Assembly: GCA_963834385.1 (NCBI GenBank)
Contig: CAWIBO010000002.1
Span: forward strand, 992,001 to 1,056,000
DNA length: 64,000 bases
Direction: 5' to 3'
Source: an uncultured Verrucomicrobiae bacterium
Lineage (GTDB): Bacteria; Verrucomicrobiota; Verrucomicrobiia; Chthoniobacterales; UBA10450
Shown: one piece after another, positions 9,380 to 20,326 of the stretch
How positions within the stretch are numbered: position 1 is the stretch's first letter
Layout: each line of letters begins with the position of its first letter
Notes under the pieces: model-generated
Databases searched by the model: none
Seen by the model: the letters and a program-made list of their open reading frames with translations, nothing else
Told to the model about the DNA's origin: nothing
Program-made: the position numbers and the translations under genes

Positions 9380-11337
9380 CGGATGGTTCCATAAAGACTC
9401 CGGCGAACCTCGCGTGCCGCCAGCAAACTCCGGTCGGAAGTCATCGAGCCGCCCCGCATCTCCGGGTGCACATCATCAAGTAGATTCCGCCCGACCAGCG
9501 CCACCTCCAGCCGATCGGTGACCCACCACCCGAGACGGGCATCAACCGTGAGGTAATCCGGCGTGGCCGGCGCCGGCAGATCGTCCACATAACGAATAAT
9601 GGCGTCCAGTTCGAGGCGCCCCGGCAAGTCCATGGAGGAACGTCCCATGACAATGGCGTTGGGATCGTTCGCCTCCCCGGTGCCCCCGGAAAAATCCTGG
9701 CTGCCGGATTCGCGGTCCACATCGGTCTGGATCAGGGCCACGCTCCCTTCCGCTTCCCACCAGGAAGCAATCCGCCAGGTCGCAGAGGCCGTTCCGCCCC
9801 ACGACTCGCCTTTCTGCCCGTTCCGCAGGATCACCCCGGTTCCGTCCGGGTCGGGCTCGGCGCTGCGCAGGTTCGAATAATCGTGAAAGAAAATGTCGGC
9901 CTCGAGGGAGAGCACTCCGCTCGGCCGGATCCGGTAGCCCAGTTCGTAGGCAATCAATTCCTCCGGAGCAAAACTCCGGCTCCCCCGCAGAAAACTCGGG
10001 AACCCGGTGGCCGGGTTGGGCAGGACCACGTCCTCGTCCACCCGCGTGGGTGTTCGCACCGCCCTCGAGATCGCGCCCCAGATGGTCTGGTTGCCGCCTG
10101 GCGTCCAAAGGAACCGGCCGCTCGGCTGGACCTCGACTCCGCTAAAGGTGTTGTACTCGAGCTTGGTGCCGGCAATGAGCGAGAGCCGCTCCGGGACGAG
10201 CGCAAATTCGTCCTGGATGTAGCCGCTCAAAAGCTGCGATTCCTCGTGGTCCGGCAGAAAAGCCAGCTCCGGGCTGGTGTTGTCGATCTCATCGATGGAA
10301 AGCCGGTAATTGAGCCCGTAAATGACGTCGTGCCGCGGAGCGGGCGAGAACCGGTGCTGAAACTCCACATCAAAGGTGTTGCGCTCCTCCGCGGCCAGCC
10401 CGGGCACATCGCGGAAGGTCCGGTCGTAATAGGTTTGGACGAAAAAGCTCTCGTCCCGCCCGAGCTCGCGGGTCCAGCGCCCGAGGACGTTGCCGCCATT
10501 GACGTCGATGTCCGCCGCGGTGAACTGCCCGAAACACCCGCCATAGACGTCGCTTTGCAGCGTGAGCAGGTCGTCGGCCGTCAACTGCGAGTCGAGACGA
10601 AAGCCGCCCTGCGAAAGACTCGAGCCGTCCCGGGCGCTCCCGTTCCACTCCAGCTTGAGGCTGTCCCGGTCGAGCTGGGTAAAGTAGACCCGGTAATATG
10701 TTTCCGGCCCGAGTTTGCCGCCCCAGCGGATCCCGCCAAACTCGGCCTCGCCGATCCCGCCGCCGGCCCAGGCCAGTCCGCCCTGGGTCTCCCGCGCGCT
10801 TTTGGTGGTGATATTGATCACGCCATTGACCGCGTTGGCTCCCCAGAGGGTGGCGCCGGGCCCGCGAATCACCTCGATCTGCTGGAGGTCGGGCAAAAAC
10901 GTCTGCTGCACATCCCAGAAGACGCCGGAGAACAGGGGCGTATAAAGATTCCGGCCATCCATCAGGACCTGCATCTTGTTGGCGATGGCGATGTTGAAGC
11001 CACGGCTCGAGATCGCCCAGGTGTTGCCGCTGACCTGCGCCACGTGCAGCCCGGCGGCGAGACGAAGCGCATCGGGAATGTTGGTCACGCCGGCCCGGCG
11101 CATTTCTTCGCCGGTCACGACATCAATGGCGGTGGCCGCCTGCGAAGCGCGTTCCGGCCGCCGCGACGCCGAGGTGATCTCGAGGTCGACCAGCTCCTCC
11201 AGGGAAAGGCGCTTCAAAGCCTGGGGATTGCGATAGGCTTCCTGCGCGGACAGTGCCGGGGCCAGCAAAGAAAGGACAAGGCCCAGCAGAGGAGCCTGGA
11301 CGAAAAGGCGAGCCGCTGGGAGGAAGCGATAAGCCAT
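9367..11337 (-). CDS. TonB-dependent outer-membrane receptor
   Basis: Signal peptide, LSLEELVDLEITSASR, plug motif IEVIRGPGATLWGANAVNGVINI, C-terminal aromatic WQF. Confidence 0.93.
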   Translation of the reverse strand: MAYRFLPAARLFVQAPLLGLVLSLLAPALSAQEAYRNPQALKRLSLEELVDLEITSASRRPERASQAATAIDVVTGEEMRRAGVTNIPDALRLAAGLHVAQVSGNTWAISSRGFNIAIANKMQVLMDGRNLYTPLFSGVFWDVQQTFLPDLQQIEVIRGPGATLWGANAVNGVINITTKSARETQGGLAWAGGGIGEAEFGGIRWGGKLGPETYYRVYFTQLDRDSLKLEWNGSARDGSSLSQGGFRLDSQLTADDLLTLQSDVYGGCFGQFTAADIDVNGGNVLGRWTRELGRDESFFVQTYYDRTFRDVPGLAAEERNTFDVEFQHRFSPAPRHDVIYGLNYRLSIDEIDNTSPELAFLPDHEESQLLSGYIQDEFALVPERLSLIAGTKLEYNTFSGVEVQPSGRFLWTPGGNQTIWGAISRAVRTPTRVDEDVVLPNPATGFPSFLRGSRSFAPEELIAYELGYRIRPSGVLSLEADIFFHDYSNLRSAEPDPDGTGVILRNGQKGESWGGTASATWRIASWWEAEGSVALIQTDVDRESGSQDFSGGTGEANDPNAIVMGRSSMDLPGRLELDAIIRYVDDLPAPATPDYLTVDARLGWWVTDRLEVALVGRNLLDDVHPEMRGGSMTSDRSLLAAREVRRSLYGTIRWQF

Positions 11338-11475
11338 GCGTGGTTTTGTCACTCGGGGGAGGGGGCGACGGGAAAAGACTGCGGCATTGCTGCCATTTTC
11401 ATTTCCCGCTGGCAAGCCCGCCCTGCTATCCTGCCGCCGATTTTTCAGAATTCTCGGCCGCCGGACACCACGCCC

Positions 11476-12717
11476 ATGCTCGATCCACACCAGACAATTG
11501 CGGAACTAAAGGAGTTGCGCGCCCTTACCGGCGACGAGAACGGGGCGCAGCGGGTCGCCTTCACCGAAACATGGGTCGCCGCGCGCGACTGGCTCCGGGG
11601 TCTGCTCCAGCCGCTGGCCGACGAGATGCACCAGGACGAAGCCGGCAATCTCTGGGCCACCGTGGCAGGTGAAAACGCAGGAAAAGCACTCCTCATCGGG
11701 GGGCACATCGACTCGGTTCCGAACGGCGGCTGGCTCGACGGCTGCCTCAACACGCTCGCGGGTGTCGCCATTCTCCGCCGGCTGCGCAACCAGGGCGGTC
11801 GGCCGGCGGTGAGCGTTCGCCTGGTCGACTGGGCGGACGAAGAGGGCGCGCGCTTCGGCAAAAGCCTGTTCGGTTCCTCTGCCTGTTCCGGTCACCTCGA
11901 CATGGCGGAAGCGCGGGCGCTTCGGGACCGGGACGGCATTACGCTCCCGGACGCTCTGCAAAAGGTCGGGATCGATTTCGAGAAAGCGAAGGAATGCGGC
12001 CGGGAACTCCAAACCGCCGCGGCCTACCAGGAACTTCATATTGAACAGGGACCGGTCCTGCTCGATCTCGATCTCCCGCTCGGCACCGTCCTGGGCACCT
12101 TCGGGGTTGAACGCCACGCCATCACTTTCCGCGGCCAGGCCGCCCATTCCGGCAGCACTCCGATGAATCGCCGCCGCGACGCCTTCCTGGCCGCGGCCCG
12201 GATGAGCCCCGAGATTTACGCCATCGCCGAGCGCAGCCAGGGCGGTGTTTGCACCATCGGCTCCTGCACCACCCGGCCCGGCATCGTCACCAGCGTGGCC
12301 GAGGAATGCCGAATCACGCTCGACCAGCGCCATCTCGACGCCGCCGCCCTCGCCCGCATGTTCAAGGAAGCCCGCGCCGCGAGCGAACGATTCGCGCAGG
12401 AAGGAAACGTCAGCGTCGAGTGGGAACGCCTCTGGCAGATCGAGCCGATCCTGTTTCACGACGACCTGATCAAGCGGGCCGACGAAGCGATCGCGGAAAC
12501 CGGCGCGAAACCGCATCGTCTGCCTTCCGGCCCCTTGCACGACGCCGCCGAAGTCGCGCGGGCCGGCGTGCCCACGATCATGATGTTCGTGCAAAGCCTG
12601 CACGGCCTCAGCCACAACAAGATCGAGGACACCAAAGAAGAACATCTCGAGCTGGCCCTGCGCGCCTTCGACAAGCTGGCCGACAAAACAATCACCTGGA
12701 TCGCGGGCCGGAACTAA
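11476..12717 (+). CDS. M20-family N-carbamoyl-amino-acid hydrolase / beta-ureidopropionase
   Basis: HIDSVPNGGWLDG, DEEGARF, ELHIEQGP, GQAAHSG, SGPLHDA, GLSHN; pyrimidine-catabolism context. Confidence 0.88.
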   Translation: MLDPHQTIAELKELRALTGDENGAQRVAFTETWVAARDWLRGLLQPLADEMHQDEAGNLWATVAGENAGKALLIGGHIDSVPNGGWLDGCLNTLAGVAILRRLRNQGGRPAVSVRLVDWADEEGARFGKSLFGSSACSGHLDMAEARALRDRDGITLPDALQKVGIDFEKAKECGRELQTAAAYQELHIEQGPVLLDLDLPLGTVLGTFGVERHAITFRGQAAHSGSTPMNRRRDAFLAAARMSPEIYAIAERSQGGVCTIGSCTTRPGIVTSVAEECRITLDQRHLDAAALARMFKEARAASERFAQEGNVSVEWERLWQIEPILFHDDLIKRADEAIAETGAKPHRLPSGPLHDAAEVARAGVPTIMMFVQSLHGLSHNKIEDTKEEHLELALRAFDKLADKTITWIAGRN

Positions 12718-12794
12718 GAGGCCCCGAAGATTTTAGTCGATTCCGCGGGAGCGAGAACGGTATTCTGTCGCTCCTCGAAAAACCCCGCCCTGCC

Positions 12795-13928
12795 ATGCCC
12801 ACCCTTGCCACCACTGTCGACGGCCTCAAACTGCCCAATCCTTTTGTCATCGGTTCCGGTCCGCCGGGGACGAACCTCAACGTCATCAACAAGGCCTTCA
12901 AGGAAGGCTGGGGCGCCGTTATCGCCAAGACCGTCAGCCTCGATTCCTCCAAGGTGGTCAACGTCAGCCCGCGCTACGCCAAGCTTTATGCCGGCGACGG
13001 CAAGGAGGTGATCGGCTGGGAAAACATCGAGCTGATCAGCGATCGCAAATTCTCGATCTGGCTCGAGGAATTCAAAAAGTGCAAGGACCAGTTCCCCGAC
13101 GGCATCCTGATCGCCTCCATCATGGAGGAATACAACAAGGACGCCTGGGTCGAAATCGTGGAGCGCTGCCAGGATGCCGGCGTGGACGCCTTCGAGCTGC
13201 AACTTCTCCTGCCCGCACGGGTTGCCCGAGCGCAAGATGGGCGCGGCCATGGGGCAGGATGCCGGAAATCCTCGAGGAAGTCTGCGGCTGGGTCATGAGC
13301 GCCGCAAAAAAACCGGTCTGGGCAAAAATGACGCCAAACGTCACCCGCATCGAGGACCCGAGCCGGGCCGCCTTGCGCGGCGGCGCCACCGGTCTCGCCG
13401 CCATCAACACCATTCGCAGCGTCATGGGCGTCAACCTCGACACCCTCCGGCCGGAACCGGCGGTGGAAGGTTTCACCACCCCCGGCGGCTATTCATCCAA
13501 GGCGGTCAAACCGATCGCGCTTCGCATGGTGATGGAAATTGCCACCATGATCCGGCAGGAATTCCCCGGGCGTTCACTCTCCGGGATCGGCGGCGTCGAA
13601 AGCGGGAATGACGCCGCGCAGTTCATCCTGCTCGGGTCCGACACGGTCCAGGTCTGCACCGGCGTGATGAAGTTCGGCTACGAATGCGTGAAGCCGATGT
13701 GCGAGGAGCTGCTCGCCTTCATGGAAAAACACAAGTTCGAGACCCTCTCCGATTTCAAAGGCAAGAGCCTCGACTACTTCACCACCCACGCCGAGCTGGT
13801 CCGGATGCAGGGCGAACGCAAAGCCGCGCAAAAGGCGGCCGCGGAACAAAAGGAAGTGGTGAAAGCGGATGGCGACTGGAGCGGCGACTCCTTCGTGCAG
13901 CAGTCAAACGCCCTGGCGACGAAACTGA
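12795..13928 (+). CDS. preA: Dihydropyrimidine dehydrogenase FMN subunit (PreA/plant PYD1-type); indels near 13200, 13260 and 13919
   Basis: NPFVIGSGPP, GWENIELIS, NFSCPHG, WAKMTPN, GGYS, SGIGGV, VQVCT motifs across three frames. Confidence 0.9.
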
Positions 13929-13936
13929 CACCTCTG

Positions 13937-14473
13937 GTGAAACTCCAAGCCTCAAGCCCCAACCGCCAGATAAGCTCCAAATTTCAAGCCGCCTTGCGCA
14001 AATCCCAAACGCGTCTCGAATCCCAGGATTCCAGGTCGCACGGCCGCCGCCGTGCGGTCTTCAGTTACTCAAAAGCCGACAATTTCGCGGTCGCTTCCAG
14101 GGCACAGGAGACGGCGGGTCCGAACGGCGACGAAAGACATCCATTCGACCTGGAAGAACGGACGGCGGCCTTTGGTGAATGGATTGTGCGGTTTGCCAGG
14201 ACAATCCCGCGGGGCCCGGCAAATGATCGATTGATCAGTCAGCTTGTCGGTGCGGGCACCAGCGTGGGAGCAAACTATTGCGAAGCGAGTGAAAGTGTTT
14301 CGAAGAAGGATTTTCGTTGCACGATCGGGAGGTGCGTCAAAGAAGCCAAGGAAACCAAATTCTTCCTCCGCCTCATTGCGGCGGCCGAACCCACCCTCGC
14401 CGCGGAGGCACGGTCCATTTTCCGGGAAGCGAAGGAACTGCATTTGATCTTCGCGGCAATATTTCGCAAATGA
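13937..14473 (+). CDS. Four-helix-bundle protein (TIGR02436 / 23S-IVP-like)
   Basis: FDLEERT..F, QLVGAGTSVGANYCEA..S.KDF, KEAKET..FL signature; start uncertain. Confidence 0.88.
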   Translation: MKLQASSPNRQISSKFQAALRKSQTRLESQDSRSHGRRRAVFSYSKADNFAVASRAQETAGPNGDERHPFDLEERTAAFGEWIVRFARTIPRGPANDRLISQLVGAGTSVGANYCEASESVSKKDFRCTIGRCVKEAKETKFFLRLIAAAEPTLAAEARSIFREAKELHLIFAAIFRK

Positions 14474-14549
14474 AGACGAAGCGATCATTTTCGGAGCCTG
14501 GTTTTTGCTTGCGGCTTCCCTGAAGTTTGGATGTTGGTGCTTGGAGTTT
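13940..14549. mobile_element. Inverted-repeat-bounded element carrying the four-helix-bundle gene
   Basis: AAACTCCAAGC (13940-13950) and its exact reverse complement GCTTGGAGTTT (14539-14549); further complementarity and heptamer periodicity in both arms. Confidence 0.6.
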
Positions 14550-14554
14550 AAAAA

Positions 14555-16089
14555 ATGTCCGCAACCTTACCGACCGAGAAGATCACGCGGAACGGCGGCA
14601 AATCGCTCACACCCTGCCCTCTCTTCATCGGAGGCGAGTGGGAGGAGATCGAGGGCGGCGCCGGATTTCCCGTGCACAATCCCTCAACGGGCGAAGTCAT
14701 CGCCGAGGTGCCCGCCTGCGGACAGGAGCAGGTTGACGCGGCGGTGGAAGCGGCCGCCCGCGGCCTTTCCCGGCTGGTGGGAAACACCGCCGGTCGAGCG
14801 CGCCCGGGTGTTTTTCCGGTTCAAGATGCTGCTCGAGGAGCATTTCGAGGAACTGGTGCGCTTAAACACCGCGCGAGCATGGCAAGACCCTGGTGGAATC
14901 GCGCGGCGACGTCCGCCGCGGCCTGGAAATGGTCGAGTTTGCCTGCGGCATTCCCTCGCTTTTGACCGGCGAATCAATCGAGAACATCGCCCGCGGCATC
15001 GATTGCGACACCATCCGGCAACCGCTGGGCGTCTGTGTCGGGATCACGCCGTTCAATTTCCCGGCCATGGTCCCGCTCTGGATGTACCCGGTCGCGATCA
15101 TGTGCGGGAACACCTTTGTCCTGAAGCCAAGCGAGAAGGTGCCGCTCACGGCCATCCGCATCATCCAGCTCCTCCAGAAAGCCGGCCTCCCCGCGGGCGT
15201 GATCAACATCGTCCACGGAGGCCGCGAATGCGTCGACGCGCTCCTCCGCCATCCGAAGGTGCGCGCCATCTCCTTTGTCGGTTCGACTCCCATCGCGCGC
15301 TACATCTTCGAGACCGGCACGCAGCACGGAAAACGCGTGCAGGCGAACGGCGGCGCCAAGAATTTCGTCTTTGTCATGCCCGACGCCGATGTCGAAAACT
15401 CGAGCCGCGGCGTCATCGAGGGCGCCTTCGGTTGCGCGGGCGAACGCTGCATGGCCAGTTCCACCGCCGTCATGATCGGCGAGGCCGCCTCCGCCGCGCT
15501 GCCGGAGATCGTGCGCCTGGCCGGGGCCATCAAGGTCGGCCCGACTGACCGCGAAGCGCAGCCGAACATGGGCCCGGTCATCACCGCGCAGCATCGCGAC
15601 CGCGTGGCGGAGCTGATCGCCGCCGGCGAAAAAGAGGGAGCGCGGGTTGTGGCCGACGGCCGCGGCGTCAAGGTGAAGGACGCGAACGGTTTCTTTCTCG
15701 GCGCCACTGTCCTCGATGGCGTTCGCGAAGGCATGACCGTCGCACGCGAGGAGATCTTTGGCCCGGTCCTCAACGTCATGCGCATGGAAGACCTCGACTC
15801 GGCCATCGAGGCGGTGAACCGCTCTCCCTACGGCAATGGCGCCTCGATCTTCACGCGTTCCGGTAAAGCCGCGCGCGAGTTCAAACACCGGATCAAGGCC
15901 GGCATGGTCGGGATCAACATCGGCGTGCCCGCTTCCATGGCCTGGTTCCCCTTCAACGGCTGGGACGAATCGTTTTTTGGCGATCTCCACATGCAGGGCA
16001 AGGAAGGGGTGCAGTTCTTTACCCAGCAGAAGGTCACCACCAGCCGCTGGTTCAGCTACGGCGAGGGCAGCATCTGGGCGGAGAAATAG
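14555..16089 (+). CDS. mmsA: CoA-acylating (methyl)malonate-semialdehyde dehydrogenase; indels near 14760 and 14870
   Basis: GITPFNFPAM, LKPSEK, SFVGST, GAKN, GCAGERCMA, EEIFGPV, GINIGVP. Confidence 0.92.
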
Positions 16090-16119
16090 CCGGCCGCCCC
16101 CAACCCTGCGCCCACCACG

Positions 16120-17502
16120 ATGTCACTCCTGATCAAAGGCGGCGAGATCGTGACGGCCGACGAACAGTACGTCGCCGACATTCTTTGCGAGGGCGACATC
16201 ATTTCCCGGATCGAGCCGGCCCTGGAGCCGCCGCCCGGCTGCGAGGTGATCGATGCCGCCGGCAAGTATGTCTTCCCGGGGTTCATCGATCCCCATGTGC
16301 ACATTTATCTCCCTTTCATGGGGACCGCGGCGAAGGACAACCACGAGACCGCCAGCCGGGCCGCTCTCGTTGGCGGGACCACCACCTTCATCGAGATGAT
16401 CTGCCCGTCGCGCGACGAAAAGCCGCTGGAAGCCTTCGAACTCTGGCTGGGCAAAGCGCAGGGCAACAGCGCCTGCGATTTCTCCTTTCACATGGGGGTG
16501 ACCCGCTTCGATGAGGCGGCGGAACATGACCTCGCGGAAATCGTTCGCCGCGGGGTCGCCAGTTTCAAGGTCTTCCTCGCTTACAAAGGCGCCTTCGGGG
16601 TCAACGATGAGGAACTCTACCGGACCCTCGCGCTGGCGAAAAAGCTCGGCGTCATCACCACGGCGCATTGTGAAAACGCGGACCTCGTGCTCGCGCTGCA
16701 GAAGAAACTGCTGAGCGAGGGGAAAACCGGCCCGGAATTCCATTACTGGAGCCGGCCGCCGGTGGTCGAGGCCGAGGGCGTGCATCATCTCATGACTTTC
16801 GCCGAGATGACCGGCGCGGCGGTTTACATCGTCCACCTGAGCTGCCTGGAAGCGCTCCAGGAAGCTGTGCGCGGCGCGAAGCGAGGCGTCAACGTCTCGG
16901 TCGAGACGCTGATCCAGTATCTCCTGCTCGACCGGACGGATGCCGAGAAACCGGATTTCGAGGGCGCCAAGTGCGTGATGTCGCCGCCCCTGCGCGACCG
17001 TTCCAACCATAACGTTCTCTGGGAAGGTCTCCGGGACAGAACGATCGCCACCATCGCGACCGACCACGCCCCTTTCGATTTTGCCGACCAAAAGCGCATG
17101 GGTTTGCAGGACTTCACCCGGATTCCAAACGGAATCCCTTCCCTCGAAGACCGGGTGAACCTTTTCTACACGCACGGCGTCAAGACCGGCCGACTCAGCC
17201 TTTCCACCTTTGTCTCCGCCGCGAGCACGGAGGCGGCGCGTCTCTTTGGTCTCTATCCGCGCAAAGGCGCTATTCAGGTCGGGAGCGACGCCGACCTGGT
17301 GGTTTACGATCCCGATTACCACGGCACGATCAGGGCGGCGGACCACCTGATGAACGTTGATTACAATTCATTCGAAGGAATGGAGATCGCCGGTCGCCCG
17401 CATGTGGTCACGGTGCGGGGGGAAATCGCCGCCCGGGACGGCCGGTTCGTCGGCGCCTTTGGGCGCGGGCGTTTCCTTGAGCGCAAGCCGACCCATTTTT
17501 GA
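16120..17502 (+). CDS. hydA: Dihydropyrimidinase
   Basis: PGFIDPHVH, GGTTT, SFKVFLAYK, HCEN, YIVHLS, MSPPLR, TDHAPF, IPNGIP. Confidence 0.95.
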   Translation: MSLLIKGGEIVTADEQYVADILCEGDIISRIEPALEPPPGCEVIDAAGKYVFPGFIDPHVHIYLPFMGTAAKDNHETASRAALVGGTTTFIEMICPSRDEKPLEAFELWLGKAQGNSACDFSFHMGVTRFDEAAEHDLAEIVRRGVASFKVFLAYKGAFGVNDEELYRTLALAKKLGVITTAHCENADLVLALQKKLLSEGKTGPEFHYWSRPPVVEAEGVHHLMTFAEMTGAAVYIVHLSCLEALQEAVRGAKRGVNVSVETLIQYLLLDRTDAEKPDFEGAKCVMSPPLRDRSNHNVLWEGLRDRTIATIATDHAPFDFADQKRMGLQDFTRIPNGIPSLEDRVNLFYTHGVKTGRLSLSTFVSAASTEAARLFGLYPRKGAIQVGSDADLVVYDPDYHGTIRAADHLMNVDYNSFEGMEIAGRPHVVTVRGEIAARDGRFVGAFGRGRFLERKPTHF

Positions 17503-18968
17503 TGGAACAGGCGTCGTCCCGCATCGATCCGACGAACTCGCTTTCGAACGAGGACCTTGCCCCGGTGCCGCTCGCACAGCGCACCTGGTCGAAGTGGAAC
17601 ATCGCCGCGCTCTGGGTCGGGATGAGCGTGTGCATCCCCACCTACATGCTCGCCTCCGGCCTGATCTCCGGCGGGATGAACTGGTGGCAGGCGGTCCTGA
17701 CCGTTTTCCTCGGCAACCTGATTGTCCTGATCCCGATGGTCCTGAACGCCCATGCCGGCACGAAATACGGCATCAGCTTCCCGGTGTTTGCCCGGGCCTC
17801 CTTCGGCGTGCATGGCGCCAATGTCCCGGCCATCCTGCGCGCCATCGTCGCCTGCGGCTGGTTCGGGATCCAGACCTGGATCGGCGGCTGGGCCATCTAC
17901 AAACTCGCCCTGGTTGCCTGGCCCGCGCTCGCGCAGACGCCTGATCTCGCTTTGCTCGGGATCAACGCCGCGCAACTTCTCTGCTTTCTCTCCTTTTGGG
18001 CGCTCAACGTCTGGATCTTCTGGCGCGGCATGGAAAGCATCCGGGCGGTGGAGGACTGGGGCGCGCCCCTTCTTCTTCTCATCGGCGTCGCGCTCCTCGT
18101 CTGGGCTTATCTCAAGGCCGGCGGCTTCGGCCCCATGCTCCGGCAGCCGTCACGCTTCCAGACCACCGCCGAGTTCTGGAAGTTTTTTGTCCCGGGCCTG
18201 ACCGGCATGGTCGGGTTCTGGGCGACGCTCTCGCTGAACATCCCGGATTTCAGCCGCATGGCGCGGAGCCAGCGCGACCAGATCCTTGGCCAGGCCCTTG
18301 GCCTGAACACCACCATGCCGTTTTACGCTTTCATCGGCGTGGCCGTGACCAGCGCCACCATGGTCATCTTTGGCGAAACCATCTGGGATCCGATTGAACT
18401 GATGTCCCGGTTCGACAACGTCGGGCTGATGCTGGTGGCGATGTTCGCCCTCACCCTGGCCACGCTCACGACCAATCTCGCCGCCAACGTGGTCGCGCCC
18501 GCCATCTCTTTTTCCAATCTGTCCCCCCGCCGCATCAGCCGGCGCACCGGCGGCCTGATCACCGGCGTCATCGGCATCGTCATGATGCCGTGGAAATTGG
18601 TGGCCGATCCAACCGGTTACATTTTCACCTGGCTCATCGGCTATTCCGCGCTCCTCGGACCGATCGGCGGCATTCTCATCTGCGATTATTTTCTGATTCG
18701 GCGGACCCGACTCGAGCTCGATGACCTCTACCGGACGGACGGCGTTTATTCCTACCGGGGCGGCTGGAACCTCGTTGCAATGGTCGCGCTGGTGGCCGGC
18801 ATTCTCCCGAGCGTTCCCGGTTTTCTCGGGACGGTCGGCGCCGTCTCGCCCGCGCAAGTCGGCCCGTTCCTCATGTCCCTTTACAGTTACGCCTGGTTTA
18901 TCGGTTTCGGTCTCGCTCTTGCCGTCTACTGGATCGGCATGAAAGTGCGGGGCTCCGCCCATCACTGA
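17502..18968 (+). CDS. NCS1 nucleobase:cation symporter (uracil/cytosine)
   Basis: NEDLAP...[42 protein letters not shown] overlap with hydA. Confidence 0.93.
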   Translation: MEQASSRIDPTNSLSNEDLAPVPLAQRTWSKWNIAALWVGMSVCIPTYMLASGLISGGMNWWQAVLTVFLGNLIVLIPMVLNAHAGTKYGISFPVFARASFGVHGANVPAILRAIVACGWFGIQTWIGGWAIYKLALVAWPALAQTPDLALLGINAAQLLCFLSFWALNVWIFWRGMESIRAVEDWGAPLLLLIGVALLVWAYLKAGGFGPMLRQPSRFQTTAEFWKFFVPGLTGMVGFWATLSLNIPDFSRMARSQRDQILGQALGLNTTMPFYAFIGVAVTSATMVIFGETIWDPIELMSRFDNVGLMLVAMFALTLATLTTNLAANVVAPAISFSNLSPRRISRRTGGLITGVIGIVMMPWKLVADPTGYIFTWLIGYSALLGPIGGILICDYFLIRRTRLELDDLYRTDGVYSYRGGWNLVAMVALVAGILPSVPGFLGTVGAVSPAQVGPFLMSLYSYAWFIGFGLALAVYWIGMKVRGSAHH

Positions 18969-18973
18969 TCCTT

Positions 18974-20315
18974 ATGCAAAATCCCGAACTCCCGCCGTTT
19001 GATCATTCACCCCAGGCTTATCGCGGCCCTTCCGCCGAGGAAGTGCTCAAGCTTCGCCGCGAATTCCTCAATCCCGGCATCTTTCTCTATTACAAAAAGC
19101 CGATCATGCTCGTGGAAGGCAAAATGCAGTATGTCTGGGACGAATCCGGCAAACGCTATCTCGACGCCCTCGGCGGCATTGTCACGGTCAGCGTCGGTCA
19201 TTGTCATCCCGAGCTGGTCGAGGCGGCCCGCGCGCCAGAACGAGCTGCTCCAGCATTCCACCACGATCTATCTGCATCCCAACGTGGCCGAGTACGCGCG
19301 CAAGCTGGCCGGGAAAATGCCGGGCGACCTCAAGGTCTGTTACTTCGTCAACTCCGGCTCGGAGGCAAACGATCTCGCGCTGCTCATGGCCAGGGCTTTC
19401 ACCGGCAACTACGACATGATCGCGCTGCGCAACGCCTATCACGGCGGAAACGCCTCCGGCATGGGCCTGACCGCGCATCACACCTGGAAGTTCAATGTTC
19501 CGCACAGCTTCGGGGTGCACCACGCCATCACCCCCGATCCGTTCCGCGGCGCCTGGGGACGCGATAACCCGGAGGCCGGTAAAAATTACGCGGCGGATGT
19601 GAAGAGCCTGATCGATTACGCCACGCCGGGGCAGGTCGCGGGCTTCATCGCCGAATCCATCCAGGGGGTCGGCGGCTGCGTCGTTTTCCCGGATGGCTAC
19701 CTGAAAAATGTCTACGAACATGTCCGCGCGGCGGGCGGTGTCTGCATTGCCGACGAAGTGCAGTCCGGCTTTGGCCGGACCGGTTCGCATTACTGGGGGT
19801 TCGAGACCCAGGACGTCATCCCGGACATTGTCTCCATGGCCAAGGGCATCGGCAACGGCGCGCCGCTGGGCGCGGTGGTGACGACGCCGAAGATCGCCGC
19901 CGCCCTGGCGCAACGGGTTCATTTCAACACCTTCGGAGGCAACCCGATCGTCTCCACCATCGGCAGCGCCGTGCTCGATGTGATCGACCGCGAGAAATTG
20001 CAGGAGAACAGCGCCCGCATCGGCGGACGGATCCTCGAGGGCCTGCATCGGCTGCAAAAAAAGCACAACATCATCGGCGATGTCCGCGGCAAGGGACTCA
20101 TGCTCGGGATCGAGCTGGTGAAGGACCGCGCCACCAAGGAGCCGGCCAAAGCCGAGTGCGCGCAGGTGCTCGAGACGGCCAAGGAAATGGGGCTCCTGCT
20201 CGGCAAAGGCGGGTTGCACGGCCAGACCATCCGATTTTCCCCGCCGATGTGCGTGCACGAGCAGGACGCCGATTTCCTGCTCGAGGTTCTCGACCGCGCC
20301 TTCCAGTCGCTCTAA
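18974..20315 (+). CDS. Class III aminotransferase (AGXT2/PYD4-like, beta-alanine:pyruvate), one indel near 19230
   Basis: EGKMQY.WD...[48 protein letters not shown]. Confidence 0.9.
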
Positions 20316-20326
20316 CAAGACTTCGC

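Noticed and set aside
9883..11475. 531-aa N-terminal extension of the 944-aa ORF
   Set aside because: It is the antisense shadow of the TonB-dependent receptor; the hydrolase starts at 11476
13079..14473. Apparent PreA-four-helix-bundle fusion ORF
   Set aside because: Removing one base near 13919 gives ...ALARN-TGA at 13926, the expected end; the linker is the repeat arm
13937..14473. Avd-like gene as part of a diversity-generating retroelement
   Set aside because: No reverse transcriptase or TR/VR repeat pair in the window
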